DNA of 63,037 nucleotides, counting the filler, from Sphacelaria rigidula (Eukaryota): assembly GCA_964200075.2 (NCBI GenBank). It is 5 parts of 5 records of this genome, joined end to end, with 100 filler letters (N's around TTAATTAATTAA, not from the genome) between each part and the next. Parts side by side here need not be neighbours in the genome. Positions count along the whole stretch, not along the records: positions 25,257 to 37,784 come from CAXNAA020003662.1; positions 37,885 to 50,411 come from CAXNAA020003663.1; 3 more parts are not named here. The stretch is one strand, 5' to 3'. Shown here piece by piece: positions 25,257 to 38,744 of the stretch. Numbering within the stretch: the first letter of the stretch is position 1; every line of letters starts with the position of its first letter. Made by a program: the position numbers and the translations under genes. Below the pieces are notes generated by a model. The model worked only from the letters and a program-made list of their open reading frames with translations, was not told where the DNA came from and made no database searches.

Positions 25257-28225
25257 AGTGGGATCGCAGCCGTTTTGTCGCACCGTCTCACGTGCACTTT
25301 TTGTGGGGGGGCTATCTCGGCATGAGTCGTCAGCACAGCACCGCACAAGTGTAGTAGCGAGTCCGTAGTATAGACAGTAAATTACTACTGTATTGTGCCG
25401 TCCCTGGAGCACCGTGCCGTGCTGTACACATGCGCTTTGCTGCACTACAGTGTACTACAGGGTACTGCAATACTTTGCAGTATACTGGGCAGGACAGTCG
25501 TACTGTGTAGTACAGTACAGTGCAGAACTCTACATTAAATTGCAGTGCGGTAAAGTACAGCGATACCGTGCGTAAACCAGAACAGCACTCCCGAAGAACG
25601 GACAAAGCCGCATTGCAACGATCTTCGAACATGCCACCGATAACGGTGGAGCAAGACGTCATGACCTCTAACGGAATGCAGTGCAGCCAGGTGCAGCACT
25701 GCTTGCGCGCTGTAGACAACGCATCGTTTACACCGTCTTCTTCCAGCTGAGGCTGGCAAGAGTGATGAGCTGTACCCGAGGCAACGTCTTGTGCGCGCCG
25801 AGCATTTGAAGTTCACGCAACACATGCAAGCAAATGGTGATGCCACCATCGCGGCGGCAGGGAGTCCTACTGTCCGCGATGCTAAGCGTTGCTACTTCGG
25901 GACTGATCCATTGTGATTAGCATGGCAGTTATGATGGATTTTCCCCTTTGCTTGTCAGGGTATACAGTCTTGAATGTGAACTGGCTGTGACAACGGTTGT
26001 GGTGGTGATCGTTGTCCCTTTTCGGTCCGTACTGAAGACTGAAAAGGCACATCGGATATCACTATCGAGAAGTGTAAACAGGGTGCTGACGCTGAGAAGT
26101 TGATCCTGGAGTTTTTTTTGACATTGTGGAATTTATATCGTCACCGGCTTTCCCCCCTTCCATTCTGATCCTGAAAAGTGCGAAGGAAAAAACACTTACC
26201 GAAACTATCTACTGTGACGATGATAATGAGAGTGACGGACGGCTCACGTGTGACGATCAGGTGACGTTCCTTGTCGCATTTTCATCCGATTGTTGTTCCG
26301 CTCTCGCAAAAATTATTCGCAGAAAATAATTTATGTCGACGAGAATGGTTTGCCACACGTGGGGTGTTCCGTCATGATCATTTTCGCAATTACGATGCCA
26401 CTTTCATTTTTTTTTTTGTCTCAATAAGATGAAGCCCAAGGGTTTTTGGTGTGATCGTTGTAAAAAGAACCAGGATTCAAATTGCAATTCCGTGAGGGGG
26501 CGGGGAGGTTGATTTGCGACAAGCTGGCTTGTGTGTGTAGAAGTTCCGGAACACTGTGTACTGAACCATGTCCCCGTGTTGTCGTGTCATATAAATGTTG
26601 TTTGTCAACATGGGCGGCAGCTGCCATCTCGAGGCCTGCAATTGATGTTGTATCAGTCTCACGGTGGAGAGACAGGTGTGCAGAAGACGAGCAAGAACGA
26701 CGCTACTGAATAACAACATGAAAACTGAAAACAGTCAAGATGCCAATACATCACTTTGCAGGCCGTACCGTGAAAGCACTGTAGTAGTACAACTCCCTCC
26801 CCCCCCCCCTTTCCCCTCCCTGTCACCCCTCTTCATCTCTGCAGACTAATTGCAGAAAATGATTAGGGAAATTCGAGAACTTCCTGCGTTTATCGATGAA
26901 CTGCACAGCCGTAGCAACACCATTTTTGTCGCCCATACGTTATATATCACCCCCATATCTTCAACACCCCTAGGTCACATTTTTTTCGGCGATTACTGGA
27001 ACCACACCATTATCTGCATTGGCGTGCCTTGGATGCTACCCCCAAAACATTATCTGCACGTGATACATACTCTACCCAACAATATTTCGCTGAACGCGTT
27101 CTGGCTTTGTCGCTCCATATGTTTCTTTCCCCTTGTGTTGTTCTCTCTCGTATCTTATTTTCTTAGTCAACTCTGCCCTACCTCATTGTTTCCCTCACTT
27201 TTCTTCAGCGAGTGTTTCCATTTTGGTTCATGTTGGTTACGTCCATCATGTCATCACGGCTGGATCCTTGGGGGATCAGTCCAAATGCAACAACCAATCA
27301 AATCAATCGATCAACCGTTATGGGGGTGAATGAAGGCCTTACCGACCAAAATCCGTTTCCCACAAAAAAAAAATGAATGCGGAGGGATATTGAAGACGTA
27401 TTGAAGACGTCATGGACTGTTCGGACCTGTGCCGAACCTGTGCCGAACCTGTGCCGAGCATAACACACGCTCCATCCCAAGTTACCTGGGTTTAGTGTTC
27501 GACAGATGTAAGTTTTTCATCGCAATCATCTCGAGACAGAATGCACAGCGGCCTCTGGAACTTCACAGCCGCCCGCACACACACGAGACCTTTTCAGCGC
27601 CGTAAGCGAATATGCTCAATTCGCCACAGTAGATCCGAAAAGCCCCAGAACGTTGCAGGAAACGCGTTTTCAGTACATTACGTGTTTGGTGCAGCGGTTT
27701 GCGAAGTGCTGCGGTCTCCGCGGCACGCGTTACGAAAACCTGCTGCCACACTGAACAGTTCTGGTGTGTGGGAAGCGCATGCATCAAACCGCAGTTAAAC
27801 CCTCTGCTTCGTTGTCTAGAAAATAGAGTCAAAGAGAAGCAAAACAACATACTGCAACAAGAGGGGCACAACAACAACACGAGCAGCAGCTTTTATCCTC
27901 CTGCTGTTGTAACCCTGTGCACAGATGTACAGCAACGTCAGTCACAGGTGTGTTGGGGAATGTACTACAGCAGTAGTACATTTTTTATGAGCGCCGTCGT
28001 CATTTCGAGTGACGCGTGTACTGGTGATGGGTTCTTATTGGCTCATTTAGGTTTCATTTCTTCTGCATTCAACTAACTGTCTAGTTGGTCGGTCCATTTT
28101 CCAGGTATATAGTGCCCAAAATCGGGCCCCAGTCACCCCCATAACTGTCTGTAGCCACGGTATCGGAGGAATTGAATATCGTATCGCATGAGGTCATATT
28201 TCGCCTCTCCAATTATGTCAGAGCC

Positions 28226-28840
28226 TGTCACGGGAAAAAAGTCTCACGGGAAATCGCACGGGACGAGACGGCCATCACATTTTTGGTGGAAACACCTCCC
28301 TTCCGTCCTCACGGGAAATTCCCGATATCTTTCATTGCAATTCACGTCCGATCTCACGGGAAGTTGAGTATATCTATCTCTACATGTGTGGGAAATGGGG
28401 AAAACATGTTTTTTTTACCGTCTCCGGTCCCGTCCACGACCCATTATTGAATTACGTCTAGTATGAAAGGATGAACACAATGCCACAATTATCGTAACTA
28501 GAGGTTGTGATGGTACTTCGGAAGGGGAGTTCCCGTCCCCCCGAAGTCCACGGCACGGGATCGTTTTCACGTCAAAATTTCGAGTCAATCCAACTACGGT
28601 TGTCGAATGTACATCACCACCGGTGATGCTGTCCCGTAACAAAGCTATAGTTTAATCTTGCTTGTTTCGGGGGGACTACCCGCTTATTCCCGTGAGGGGG
28701 GGGATTGGACGGAACAGGACGGGATAGCATGGGAATATATCACGGGAACTTTCGCGTGAGGGCGGGACGGGATAGTAATTCCCGTCCCGTCATTTTTTTT
28801 GCGAACCGACATTGTTCCAGTCCCGGAGTGCCGTAACACA
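28226..28840. mobile_element. Non-autonomous DNA element remnant with CACGGGA/CCCGT subterminal motif arrays
   Basis: Many ACGGGA/TCCCGT copies in both orientations; termini not resolved. Confidence 0.5.
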
Positions 28841-29048
28841 CACTACCTTTTTGTTTTCTACCGCACCATACCAGTGAACCCTCCAGATTCATATCCTACT
28901 ACGGATGACCTTGGGCTGAAAATGTCTTTGTTAATGCGAAGAGTACATCACAATAGCGTGTCGTTCACCAAACACTAATACATTGCTGCTGATGCTGCTG
29001 GTCCTGCTTTGGCTGTTTGATTTTCTTCGTTTTGTTCGGTGGTGGCAG

Positions 29049-32000
29049 GTTAGTGACGTACAACCAGGTGCGAGGCATCTTTGGCTTCACGGAGAGCCAC
29101 AACATCGGCTGTCAGGCATTCCCGGCGGTGCAAGCTGCCCCGTCGTTCTCTTCGGCATTCCCGATTCCCCTTGCGGGAGCGAAGGACCGTCCGTGTCTCA
29201 TCCCTTGCGCGATTGATCAGGTACACTGCACCACATCAAACTGCAGAGTGATGCTGCGATAGCCCCCTCAAGTGCCAAACCAGCCACGTCCTCCCCAAAC
29301 CAGCCCCAAAAACTATCACGGAGAAATTGCCATACAGCGCATGATGGCTGGTTTCAGACAGCATGAATCGCCTCATATTAGTGGTATTGGCGAAAATGAT
29401 CCCAAGCGAAGACGGTCCAGGGTTCTCGGCACGATGTAAAACCCTTGTACGAAAGCAGTACGTAACCTGGATCTGTGTTCACCGGATATCATCGGTACTC
29501 ACGAACACTCAATGCTATATTACGCCAAATCGACTTGTTTCTTCTCCTCTGTCCCTCATCGAGTGCAAGACAGTTGGCGAGTGTAACGGTTTCACACCGT
29601 GGACAAAATGTGGTCAATAGTTGCAACGGGCACAAAAACGTACTGCGCAAAGTACAGGCCAATCGCAAATGTTGACCATATGTTGTCGAAGAGTGTGAAA
29701 GTTTTCGTCAGAGGCGTCGACCAGACACATGCACTCACCTCTTGTACGGAATTTGAATTTACTTATCGCCGGCCTTTTCGCCAGGTTCACCGGACCGGTC
29801 TTTTAATTTTGAGGCTCGTCGAACGTTTTTTTTTTTAACGGTTAGCCGGACTGTTTTTTTCAGGCACACCCGACCGTTTTTTCTAAGGCACGCCCGACCG
29901 GTTTCTGGCTTCTTGTGTGCTGTCCTTCCTCACTCGCCGTTACTGTCCGGACATGACCGCGCGGGATGTGACGTGACGTGACATGACTTGACGTGAAATA
30001 TATCAAGGTTCGTCTGAAGATCACTTGCTTTGAGTCATTGATTCATACCGTACGAATCAATCCGTGGACTTCGTTCTCGGCGTTCCACGCCGGGTATGCG
30101 CACCCAAGGCGCGTAGAATAGCGCAAAATCTGCCCAGAGATACTTTTGACCCGCGATCAACTTCAATCTCTCATCGGCCTCAGCAATCGCAAATTTGATG
30201 AGTGGGACCAGCGATGAATCGTTTGACCTTCGTAACCTTGCATGATGGTGTACACCGCCACCTGGTGATGCGTTTTGGGGCCCACGAAGTCGTCTCCCCC
30301 CCAACGGTATTTTTAAGGCTTGGAGGGGGTGATGTCCAACGTCACCCGGTACAGTACAGTACTGCAGGCGGCTGTATGGTGCCAAAAAGGGGGGAAAATC
30401 ATCATCAGGAGGGGGGGGGGGGGAGTCGAGGGGGTGCTGTACAGCGTACCGATGGCATGCTACACCATACCCGAATGAGGGGACGTATCGGAACGCATTT
30501 GTTTTTGTTTGCACCTTCGCATGTGACTCTGTTTTTTTGTGTTCGCTCAGGACGCGTACTTCCGAATGACGCGGGATGTGGCTCCGCGCATGGGTCTGAA
30601 GAAGCCCGCGTTGATACACTCCAGATTCTTCCCTGGACTGCAGGTGACTTTAGGGGGGACGGATTTCGTTCAGATGTGTTGATTTTTGACAGTAGTAAAT
30701 TAATCGGTCGGTTTGATTTATTTAATTGACTCGTCGATTGATCGAGTCGGATTTCCTGGTCCGCTGCAAATGCGATTGTGGTCACACGATAAACGTACTC
30801 CCAAGGGGAACGAACAGAAGTGAACGTTAAACATCGCCCCGGTGGCTCAGTTGGTAACCTCGAAACCTTCTGACGGTTGGGTCGTGGGTTGAAATCTCGG
30901 TGCAGTCACACGATCTGGGATTTTTTCTCACACCATGTCCAACAGTGGAGAGCGACTATGTCGTGGGTACACGAAATTTGACTTTACGGTCGACGAAAGA
31001 AGGGAACTGCTGAACCCCTCTCGCGATAAAACGTGAAGGCAAGCACCGCAAAAGAAACGTAGTGAATTACAAAAAATGAGAAAGAAAAAATCCCTTGTTG
31101 GCCTTCGTCCTGTGTGACCCGGGCTGGTGCGCCCGCTTTTACCGAAAGGTGTAGACTGGCGTCCAGAATAGATGGGATGATAACATAACAACAACACACA
31201 CACAGTGACACAAGTTTATTTTGATTTGATTGTCGCGCATGAATTGATCCCCAAGATATAGCAGTGGGCGGTCTAAGTATTCATTTTGTGGCATTTGGTG
31301 ATTTTTTCGTAATAGGCGATTTTCTTGTGCTCTTTTCGTTTGCCACCGCTCATCACATTTGGGATCTGAAGATATTTGTATCCGCTCCACATTTCAAGAA
31401 AAAAAGCATCTGTACTCAATGTTGAGTGACTTAGGGGCTGACCGGTCATCGGAGGTCCTGCCACGTTTCAGCCCAGATTCTTACTCTTCGGTATTTTCGG
31501 TCGACCAGCCTGTCCCGACCATATTTGTGAAGAAATGTACAGTTTTTATTTTCTTGAAATTTTACCCACTCGTTGAACTAGAGCCTAAAAATTGTGTTTG
31601 ATGGTCAATAACACCGTCCTGATGAAAAGGGTATTTAGTCGAACAGACAATTATCATAGAGTACGCTGACGGAAGGAAAGGAAAGGAAAGGAAAGGAAAG
31701 GAAAATAGTTGGGGGTATCGTTCACTGCCTATTTGTTTCAGAATTTCCTCTTGAATTTTCTTCTTGAAACATTGGAACCTTTCCCCCATGTCTGGGGGGA
31801 GAAGAATGCTCAAAACTATCTGACGTAAATATTCAGAGAAATATGTCGTCAGTCCTCAATTGATGTATTGCCTTGACTGGTTGAAGAAACCTGCTCTCAC
31901 TTTTCGGAGAAAGCAGAATCTGTCCGAAAATGTCGGGGATTTCGGCGGGGGGGGGGATAGATCAGTCGATAATACCCCGTGTAACTGGCATATGCTGCAC

Positions 32001-35000
32001 GGGTCGGACGTTAATTTTTTTTTTGTCTATGCTTACCCGTTACTTTTGAGTCAATATCGGGTCAGCCACCACCTGTCTTGAGTCGACGAACACAGAATTA
32101 TCCGTTATCCTGCAGTAATCGTTCATCCGGTTTTCCCGAGACCCCTCGGAATTGTTCATATCTTCTTTCACTTTTTGTTCCAAGTCGTGTGAACCTGCGA
32201 AATATGGAGTGCAGTGAGCGAACGCAGTTGGTGGTATAATGTGCCTTTTCCGGAGTTGAAAGCGAAACAGCTACGTCTCTCCAGAGGCCGTGTTGTATAT
32301 GTGTATATATATATATATATTTATTTCGAGGAACCAAATATTTCAGGTTCAGCAATAGGCGAGAAACGCGTTCGCGAGACTCGTCATGTTTTCCCCTTTC
32401 TCCCCATATTTTATGTTGCCGACACTCCCGTTTTTTATACGAAGTCGTTGGGTCGTTTTGTACAAATTGTTTTCGTTTTTTCCCCCCTCTGATTTGTGCC
32501 CCGGATTAGGAGTAGGAACGGTGCTCCGTCTCGAGAGGGATGAGTGGTCAATGGTCAAACGACTGAGGCAAGCAACAAATGAGTACGACGCATACTTCCA
32601 TCGCCCCCTGGACGCTGCGAAGAATCTGAAAGTGCGCTTTCGGGTGTGGGCCTTTGTTCNNNNNNNNNNCGAGAGGGATGAGTGGTCAATGGTCAAACGA
32701 CTGAGGCAAGCAACAAATGAGTACGCCCCCCCCCCCCCGCCCTCTGATTTGTTTTCTGGTTCTGTCCGTCATTTGTTCCTCCTCGGCTTTCTTTCCGCCG
32801 AAATCTGAAATACTCCTATTGCTCTTTTCCATGATCTTTTCTTGTTCCCCGCTCTCTCTTTCTCCGCGGTAGGGACCCGGAGGGAAGATGAGCTCCAGCA
32901 CCGAATCCAGCGCGATTTTCGTTACTGATACCCCCAAGCAGGTCAGTCAAGGGATTTGCTCCCTGTACCGTAGACTACGATGCGGTTTATATCGCCAGTG
33001 CGTTGTGCATACCCCTCCCTGTAATGATGTCGATTAGTTGTTGGCAGTCAGCCGTATGTCTGCAATTGTTTTACCTCTGAGCATCTCGCAAAGAAGTACG
33101 TGTTCGTTCTTTTTGTGATGGCTACTGCTGTACTTGTCTGCGGCCGTGTCACGTACTCTACTATGCAGTGTCAAAGATTTGACGGTTCGGACGGATCATC
33201 GCCGGTTCAAATAACCAAATCCACGATTTATTAGCCTGATCGCTCGAAAGAGAGAAAAAAAGTCGACCGCTGGTCAAACAGGTCTCCACGCAACTTTTTT
33301 CGCCATTCCACGTGCCTGGGCTGCGCGTACCTGGGTTACAACGCTGAAAACAAAGCGTAAGGATTGATTCGTACGGTACGAATCAATTACACTAAAATCA
33401 AGTGATTTTCGGACGAATCATTCATTCGTCCGACCCTTGAAAGATTTACTTATCTGTGCTGAAGGCTCTTGGTCCCCACCCCCCCTGCTCCATCCCTCTG
33501 GATAGTAACATCCCTGGATGATGTGGCACCATTTCGATATCTACCGTACTTTTCTGCTCGAGTTTCTTTGATGAATATTCGGTTCATGTACCTTTGATAT
33601 TTGTATCTGATGACCACGGCTGGATCCACAGCGGGTTAGTTAATGTGCGACAATCAATCGAGCAATCCATCAGTGTATCGGGATACATACGTATTGTATC
33701 ACACACACCTGTTCCAAAGAAAAAAGGAGAGAAAAAACAACCTTGGGTGATGAGTTCTCGGGTGACAAATAGGCTGTAGTTCCTTCCGTATAAGCGCTTT
33801 TTTCTTGAAATTAAGCCCCTCACATTTTCCTAAAAGCTTCTTATAATTTTTAGCCCCACTTTGAGCTTTTTTAGCGCAAATTAGGCGCGTTCTACGTGGG
33901 CGTCAGTTCCGCATGCGCGTTTTTCCATTTGAAATTAAGCCCCTCACATTTTTTTTACAAGCTTTTGAATGTATTTTTTAAGCCCACTCTAAGCTTTTTT
34001 AGCGCAAATTTGGCGCATTTTATGTATTAATTCCGTATGCGCGTTTTTTCTTGAAATTAAGCTCCTCACATACTTTTTATGAACTTTTTATTAGTTTTCA
34101 AGCCCCACTCTGAGCTTTTCTAGCGCAAATTAGGCGCGCTTTATGCACCTTTTCCCCGTCCTTTTGGTGTTATGGCAGTTTCCCCTCACGAGGCGCGCCT
34201 GCTACCATGAGGACAAGACGACGAGTTGGGCATTCGAAGTTTTGATGCTCATTTGAAAATTTCAGAAATGAAGCATTTCATCAGTCATTGAGTTTGAAGG
34301 CCACAGCCCCCACACCTACACTCTAACCCACGGACGAAAACAACAAATAAATGTCACTACACTTATGATACATGATACAGCAGTAGAGCCTCGTAGCCTC
34401 TGGACACGGGGCATCGCAGCCGTTGGCCTCTCCCTCGGCAAGCTCGCTACAAGCTACACGCTACCACCTCTCCCCTCCATCATCTACCGTCAGTCGACAT
34501 TGAAAATCTTGTCGAACTACCGGCACCGGTTGTACGCTGCAGAAGTGTACTAGTCTCAAGTCACATTTTTGAAAACAAGATGAACAATGTTTTTGTGAGA
34601 TTAACAGTAGAGGATACGATTGAGAGTGAAAAACGGTCAATTAGTGAATCAATCGTTTCAGCTCCGAAATGTCCCTCCACTAGGCCCGATATGTTGTTGT
34701 TGCTTACCATTGAGGCCCTTGATATTCGTCAGTAGGATATCGACCTGTAGCTGAATGCACACGCCAGTGATGGAGGCAAAGAAAAGCACACAAGGAATAC
34801 AAAAATGGCGAAGTTAAAGCGAATGATCAAAGCCACGCTCAATCAGCGCTCTACTCTCAATCTCACGAAAACGTTGTTCGTAGTAGACAGTACCATGTAT
34901 GAAAATGATAACATGGATTCTTCTGCTGATCATACCCGCAACAAAGTAGACCGCGCAACACGATCATGGAAGTTTGGAGTATTGGAGCCTGTCGATCTGT

Positions 35001-36463
35001 CGGTCTGTCTGGTGACGAGTCACGCCACATGGAGCACTTGCGAGCAGCTGGCTGCTGGAGGCGCAAAACAAATATCCCAATTTGATGCACGGTTCGTGCC
35101 CATTATGTGCGCGTTTCAAGCAGGTTAAGCTCGTTTCATGCCTGTTCAGCTAATTATAAGGTTTACGATGAAGAAGCGTATTTAAGCTCAAAACCCCCAA
35201 TGTAAGCTAAACTTTATGCGCGCATACGGAACTACAGCCTAGTGACGAAAGCATGTATCTGGAATTCGGAACTCAATACCTCATCACCTCGAGAGCTGTA
35301 TATAAGTTGATATGTACGGTACCGTTGTCGAGCGTAAAACGCCTACTTGCTGTGCGAGAGTGGGGCTCATTGCTACCGTGCTCACGCGTTTGTCGTAAAA
35401 TGGTTGAAAAACACTATCGGGAATTTATGCTTTTGAAATAACCCCAACCCAACACTTACGCCGCAAAGCGAGTCTCGCAGGTGACCGACGGTTGGTAACC
35501 GACGAAATACACACATGCACACGCGGATGTACATGCTTCTCATGAAAATGAAAGGTTAAGGTGATGGGCGAGTCGTCACAGTCCGGTCGCTACACACACG
35601 TGTATCTATGTTAAGGGCGCCCGTTATGGTGTTGTAATGACGAAAATGAGGTTGTGTTTGACGAACGTCGTCGTGATCTTCGATCTTGGTGGCAGGTTAA
35701 GAAGAAGATAAATGGGTGCTTTTCTGGAGGGCAGATGACGAAGGAGCTGCAGGAGCTGCACGGGGCAAACCTCGCGGTAAGAACCGGAAGGGAACCTATC
35801 TAGCTACCTGTGCAAGTTATTCCCGTCCGGTCCGGTCCGGCTGGATGTTGCAATTGTTGTCCGTTGGAACCTTTTGCCACTGGAGCATGAAGGGTTGAGA
35901 AGCTAGACACTGGCCTGGGCTCCTCGTCAGACACAGCGTAAGGTACACTCGGTGAGCGTTTTGATCTGATGTTGTCCTGGCCAACACGAGGAGCTCGTGT
36001 CCCACCGTGCATTTCGGTTGAAGTTCTCGCGTGTATCCTGTCTGCTTGGTATTTTTGCCCAACTCGAAACGGTATACTTGTTTCGCGGGAGGGGGCGGCG
36101 GCGGCGATGCAACTCATCTGGGCTTCACGTCTTTGTTCTTTTGTCATGGCGTGAAAATTTCCTTCGGCATCCCTTTCCGGTACTGCTCTCTTCACTGTCT
36201 GTACTGTCTGCCTTCGTGTGTCCGTCGCTCTCTCCGTGTCTGCCTGTTCGTCTGTCTGTCCTGTCGTTGTCTCTGTCTTCATCTCTGTCCGTCTCTCTGT
36301 TCCTTTAATTCTTGCGTGCCCTCTATTCCGTGTGCTTTTGCCCTCCGCCCCGCCTCTGCTGGTTGTCTCTCTTGCGCACAACCGGTGGTGTGTGTAAAGG
36401 TGGACGTCCCGTATCAATACCTCAAGTTCTTCATGGAAGACGACGACGAACTCAAACGCATAG
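29049..36463 (+). CDS. WARS1: Cytosolic (eukaryotic-type) tryptophanyl-tRNA synthetase, five internal exons
   Basis: Exons 29049-29220 ([12 protein letters not shown]...QAAPSFS...CLIPCAIDQ), 30551-30643 ([13 protein letters not shown]...[10 protein letters not shown]), 32873-32941 (GPGGKMSSS), 35696-35776 (KINGCFSGG), 36400-36463 ([11 protein letters not shown]); all GT-AG and phase-compatible. Confidence 0.95.
30834..31205 (+). mobile_element. tRNA-derived SINE
   Basis: Head GCCCCGGTGGCTCAGTTGGTA (A box)...GGTTGAAATC (B-box-like); CA-rich tail; copies at 46598-46940 (+), 37020-37351 (-), ~22455-22612 (-, partial). Confidence 0.8.
32505..32740 (+). repeat. Short interspersed repeat (GGGATGnGTGGTCAATGGTCAAACGACTGAGGCAAGCAACAAATGAGTAC-polyC), two copies
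   Basis: Other copies at ~21067-21160 (-), 37720-37784, ~37893-37955 and ~55512-55592. Confidence 0.8.
33181..33439. mobile_element. hAT-type MITE in a TrpRS intron
   Basis: 8-bp TSD AAAGATTT; same family as 17788-18014; diverged inverted relative at ~30004-30240. Confidence 0.8.
33770..35241. mobile_element. Non-autonomous hAT element with three ~120-bp subterminal tandem units
   Basis: TIR TAGGCTGTAGTTCC...GGAACTACAGCCTA; TSD GTGACAAA/GTGACGAA; repeat units at 33780-34145. Confidence 0.8.
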
Positions 36464-37019
36464 GTGAGCAAAACATGCAAGGCGCAATGCCAACGCATCG
36501 AAAGGAAAACACACAAAATCTATTACGTACTCTGTTGAAAAGTCTGATTGATTGATTGATTGATTGGTTGGTTGGTTGTCGTACTTTTATTGACCCCCCA
36601 AGGATCCAGCCGTGGTCACATGATGGACGTACCCGAGACGACACAAGACTGAAAACACTCCCTGAAGAAAAACGAAGAAACAGAGTACCAGAAAGTCTGT
36701 GAGGCGAAAATGGGAACACCTCAATGCCTCTTGCTTGGAGATTTTGCGCGACAATGATCAGCGCGCGCGAAGTTTCGCCTGTGGAACCTGACACGTCCTG
36801 CGGTACCTGGTCATCCTCCGACCGACCGTGGGTCTGAACAAAGGGAAAGTAGTCGAGCACAGTTCACTCGCAGCGCGCCATTCGAAGCGTCTAATTCGGC
36901 GGTGACAACGCCCGCCCCCGGGAATTTACGGCACCCCTCCGCCACGCTGTTCAAGATATTGTTCTCATTTGGTCAGTCAAAACCCTGGTCGCATTCTCTT
37001 CCCTGTCCCTGAGTACGTG

Positions 37020-37351
37020 TATGTGTGTGTTGTCGTCGCATCTATTCTGGACGTCAGTCGGGGGGTCACACAGGAGGGAGGTTAACGCAGGGGTTTTACT
37101 TTTATTTTTCCTTTTGTTTGGCACTTCACCGTTCTTCTGCGGTGCTTTCCTTACTTTTTATCACGAGAAAGGCTCAGCAGTCCCTTTCCCTCGTCGATTG
37201 TGAAGTCGAACTTTGTGTACTCACGACATAGTCGCTCTCCACCCCTGGGCATGATGTGAGTAAAAATCCCAGATGGTGTGACTTCACCGAGATTCGATCT
37301 CACGTCCCAACCGTCAGCAGGTTTCGAGGGTACCGACTGAGCCACCGGGGC
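37020..37351 (-). mobile_element. tRNA-derived SINE copy
   Basis: Reverse complement begins GCCCCGGTGGCTCAGTCGGTA; body matches 30834-31205. Confidence 0.75.
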
Positions 37352-37784
37352 GCGTATGCGTTCCGAAAACTGTTTTTTTACGCGAGACCACTCGATTCTT
37401 CCATCGAAGATCCCATTATGTAGTCTTGTCAACCAAGCAAAAACCGAGTAAGATTATTTACTCCCTGTGTCGAAGGTCCGTGGTCCAACGGGGCAAGTTC
37501 TGCCTCTTGTCTGTCTGGAAGAGGTCAGGGCGCATCGTATTTTTCTCGCACTTGGTTGCCGTGGTGAAGAAAACTGCGTACCAATCGTGAACCGGTTGGT
37601 TTCCTCCCCCCTCCCCGATCCCCGACGGCGAAACAGAGCGGGGATAATATATGTGTGTAAAAGGTTCTTGTGTAATATATGGAAGAAACGTAATGAGCGC
37701 CGGAATGTTGAAGGTGTCTCTATTAGGAGTAGGAACGGTGCCCCGTCTCGAAAGGGATGCGTGGTCAATGGTCAAACGACCAAG

Positions 37785-37884
37785 NNNNNNNNNNNNNNNN
37801 NNNNNNNNNNNNNNNNNNNNNNNNNNNNTTAATTAATTAANNNNNNNNNNNNNNNNNNNNNNNNNNNNNNNNNNNNNNNNNNNN
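37785..37884. other. Artificial spacer
   Basis: Same 100-nt linker. Confidence 0.97.
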
Positions 37885-38744
37885 GGCTTTGTAGGGATGC
37901 GAGGTCAATGGTCTGATGACTATGGCATGCATGATCATGAGTACACACCCCTCCTCCCGAAAAAATCCAGTATTCAAAAAAGGGGCATAGAGTCTAGGAT
38001 TGGTTTGGGCACCCTTGTGTCAAGTCGTCAAATTCGTCAACAAGCCCTCCCAGGAAGAAAGGTGTTTCCCCATCCCCGTTTATGTTTGCGTTTTTCTGCT
38101 CCTGTGGTGTACATGTAAGTTGCAGTTTGTTGCCTCGTTTCAGTGAGGTTCGGGGGTACGAACTCATACCCAAAAATAGAGATGCCAAAATAGATAAGCG
38201 GCGACCTGTCGTTCCCACGGCTTCTTGGCTTTGTTTTTCGTTTGGGTATGAGTGCGTGTGCGTTTCGCAAGACCTGCTTCACCTTTCATTAGGGTTAGGA
38301 CTTCCCGCATCTATGATCGAAGCAACACATAATGGCGAGAAAAAGGTCATGCTCATGTCTAATTCGAATAAAGAGAACAGGAAGATGTGCATCAAAGACG
38401 TGTAAGGATGGGAAACGGTGGCCTTCTTTATGCTCTTCTTCGTTGAGAACGGCCCCAACTACGATATCAAGTCCGGACAAAAAGGATGCGTACATTTTCC
38501 GTTGCGGCCAGAAGCAGCGTCGAGATTTCCAATTCGAACGGACACAGCATGTTTGTAAGTTGTAAGATGTATGCCGTAGAAGAGATAGACACCATCTCCC
38601 TGCTACATAGCATACTAGCAACCGGGGCGACCCTTGCTGCTGCGCATTCATTCGTTCATACCGGGGCGCGCGTTGAACGTCCTCCATGAGTGTCCGCTAC
38701 ACACGACCGAAACTGACCAGATGCAAAGGATTTTGACGATTTCC

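Noticed and set aside
30834-30905. tRNA gene
   Set aside because: No closing acceptor stem; continues into a ~300-bp repeated body, so it is a SINE head
31615-31655. Hammerhead core CTGATGA
   Set aside because: No downstream GAAA with compatible stems
32670-32740. Real tandem duplication of the short repeat
   Set aside because: Second copy abuts a 10-N gap and is identical to the first; it may be a scaffolding overlap
34805-35128. Transposase ORF in the hAT derivative
   Set aside because: No hAT motifs; overlaps a non-coding repeat also seen at ~25090-25156
37476-37523. Next TrpRS exon
   Set aside because: Plausible splice sites, but the translation does not resemble the TrpRS C-terminus
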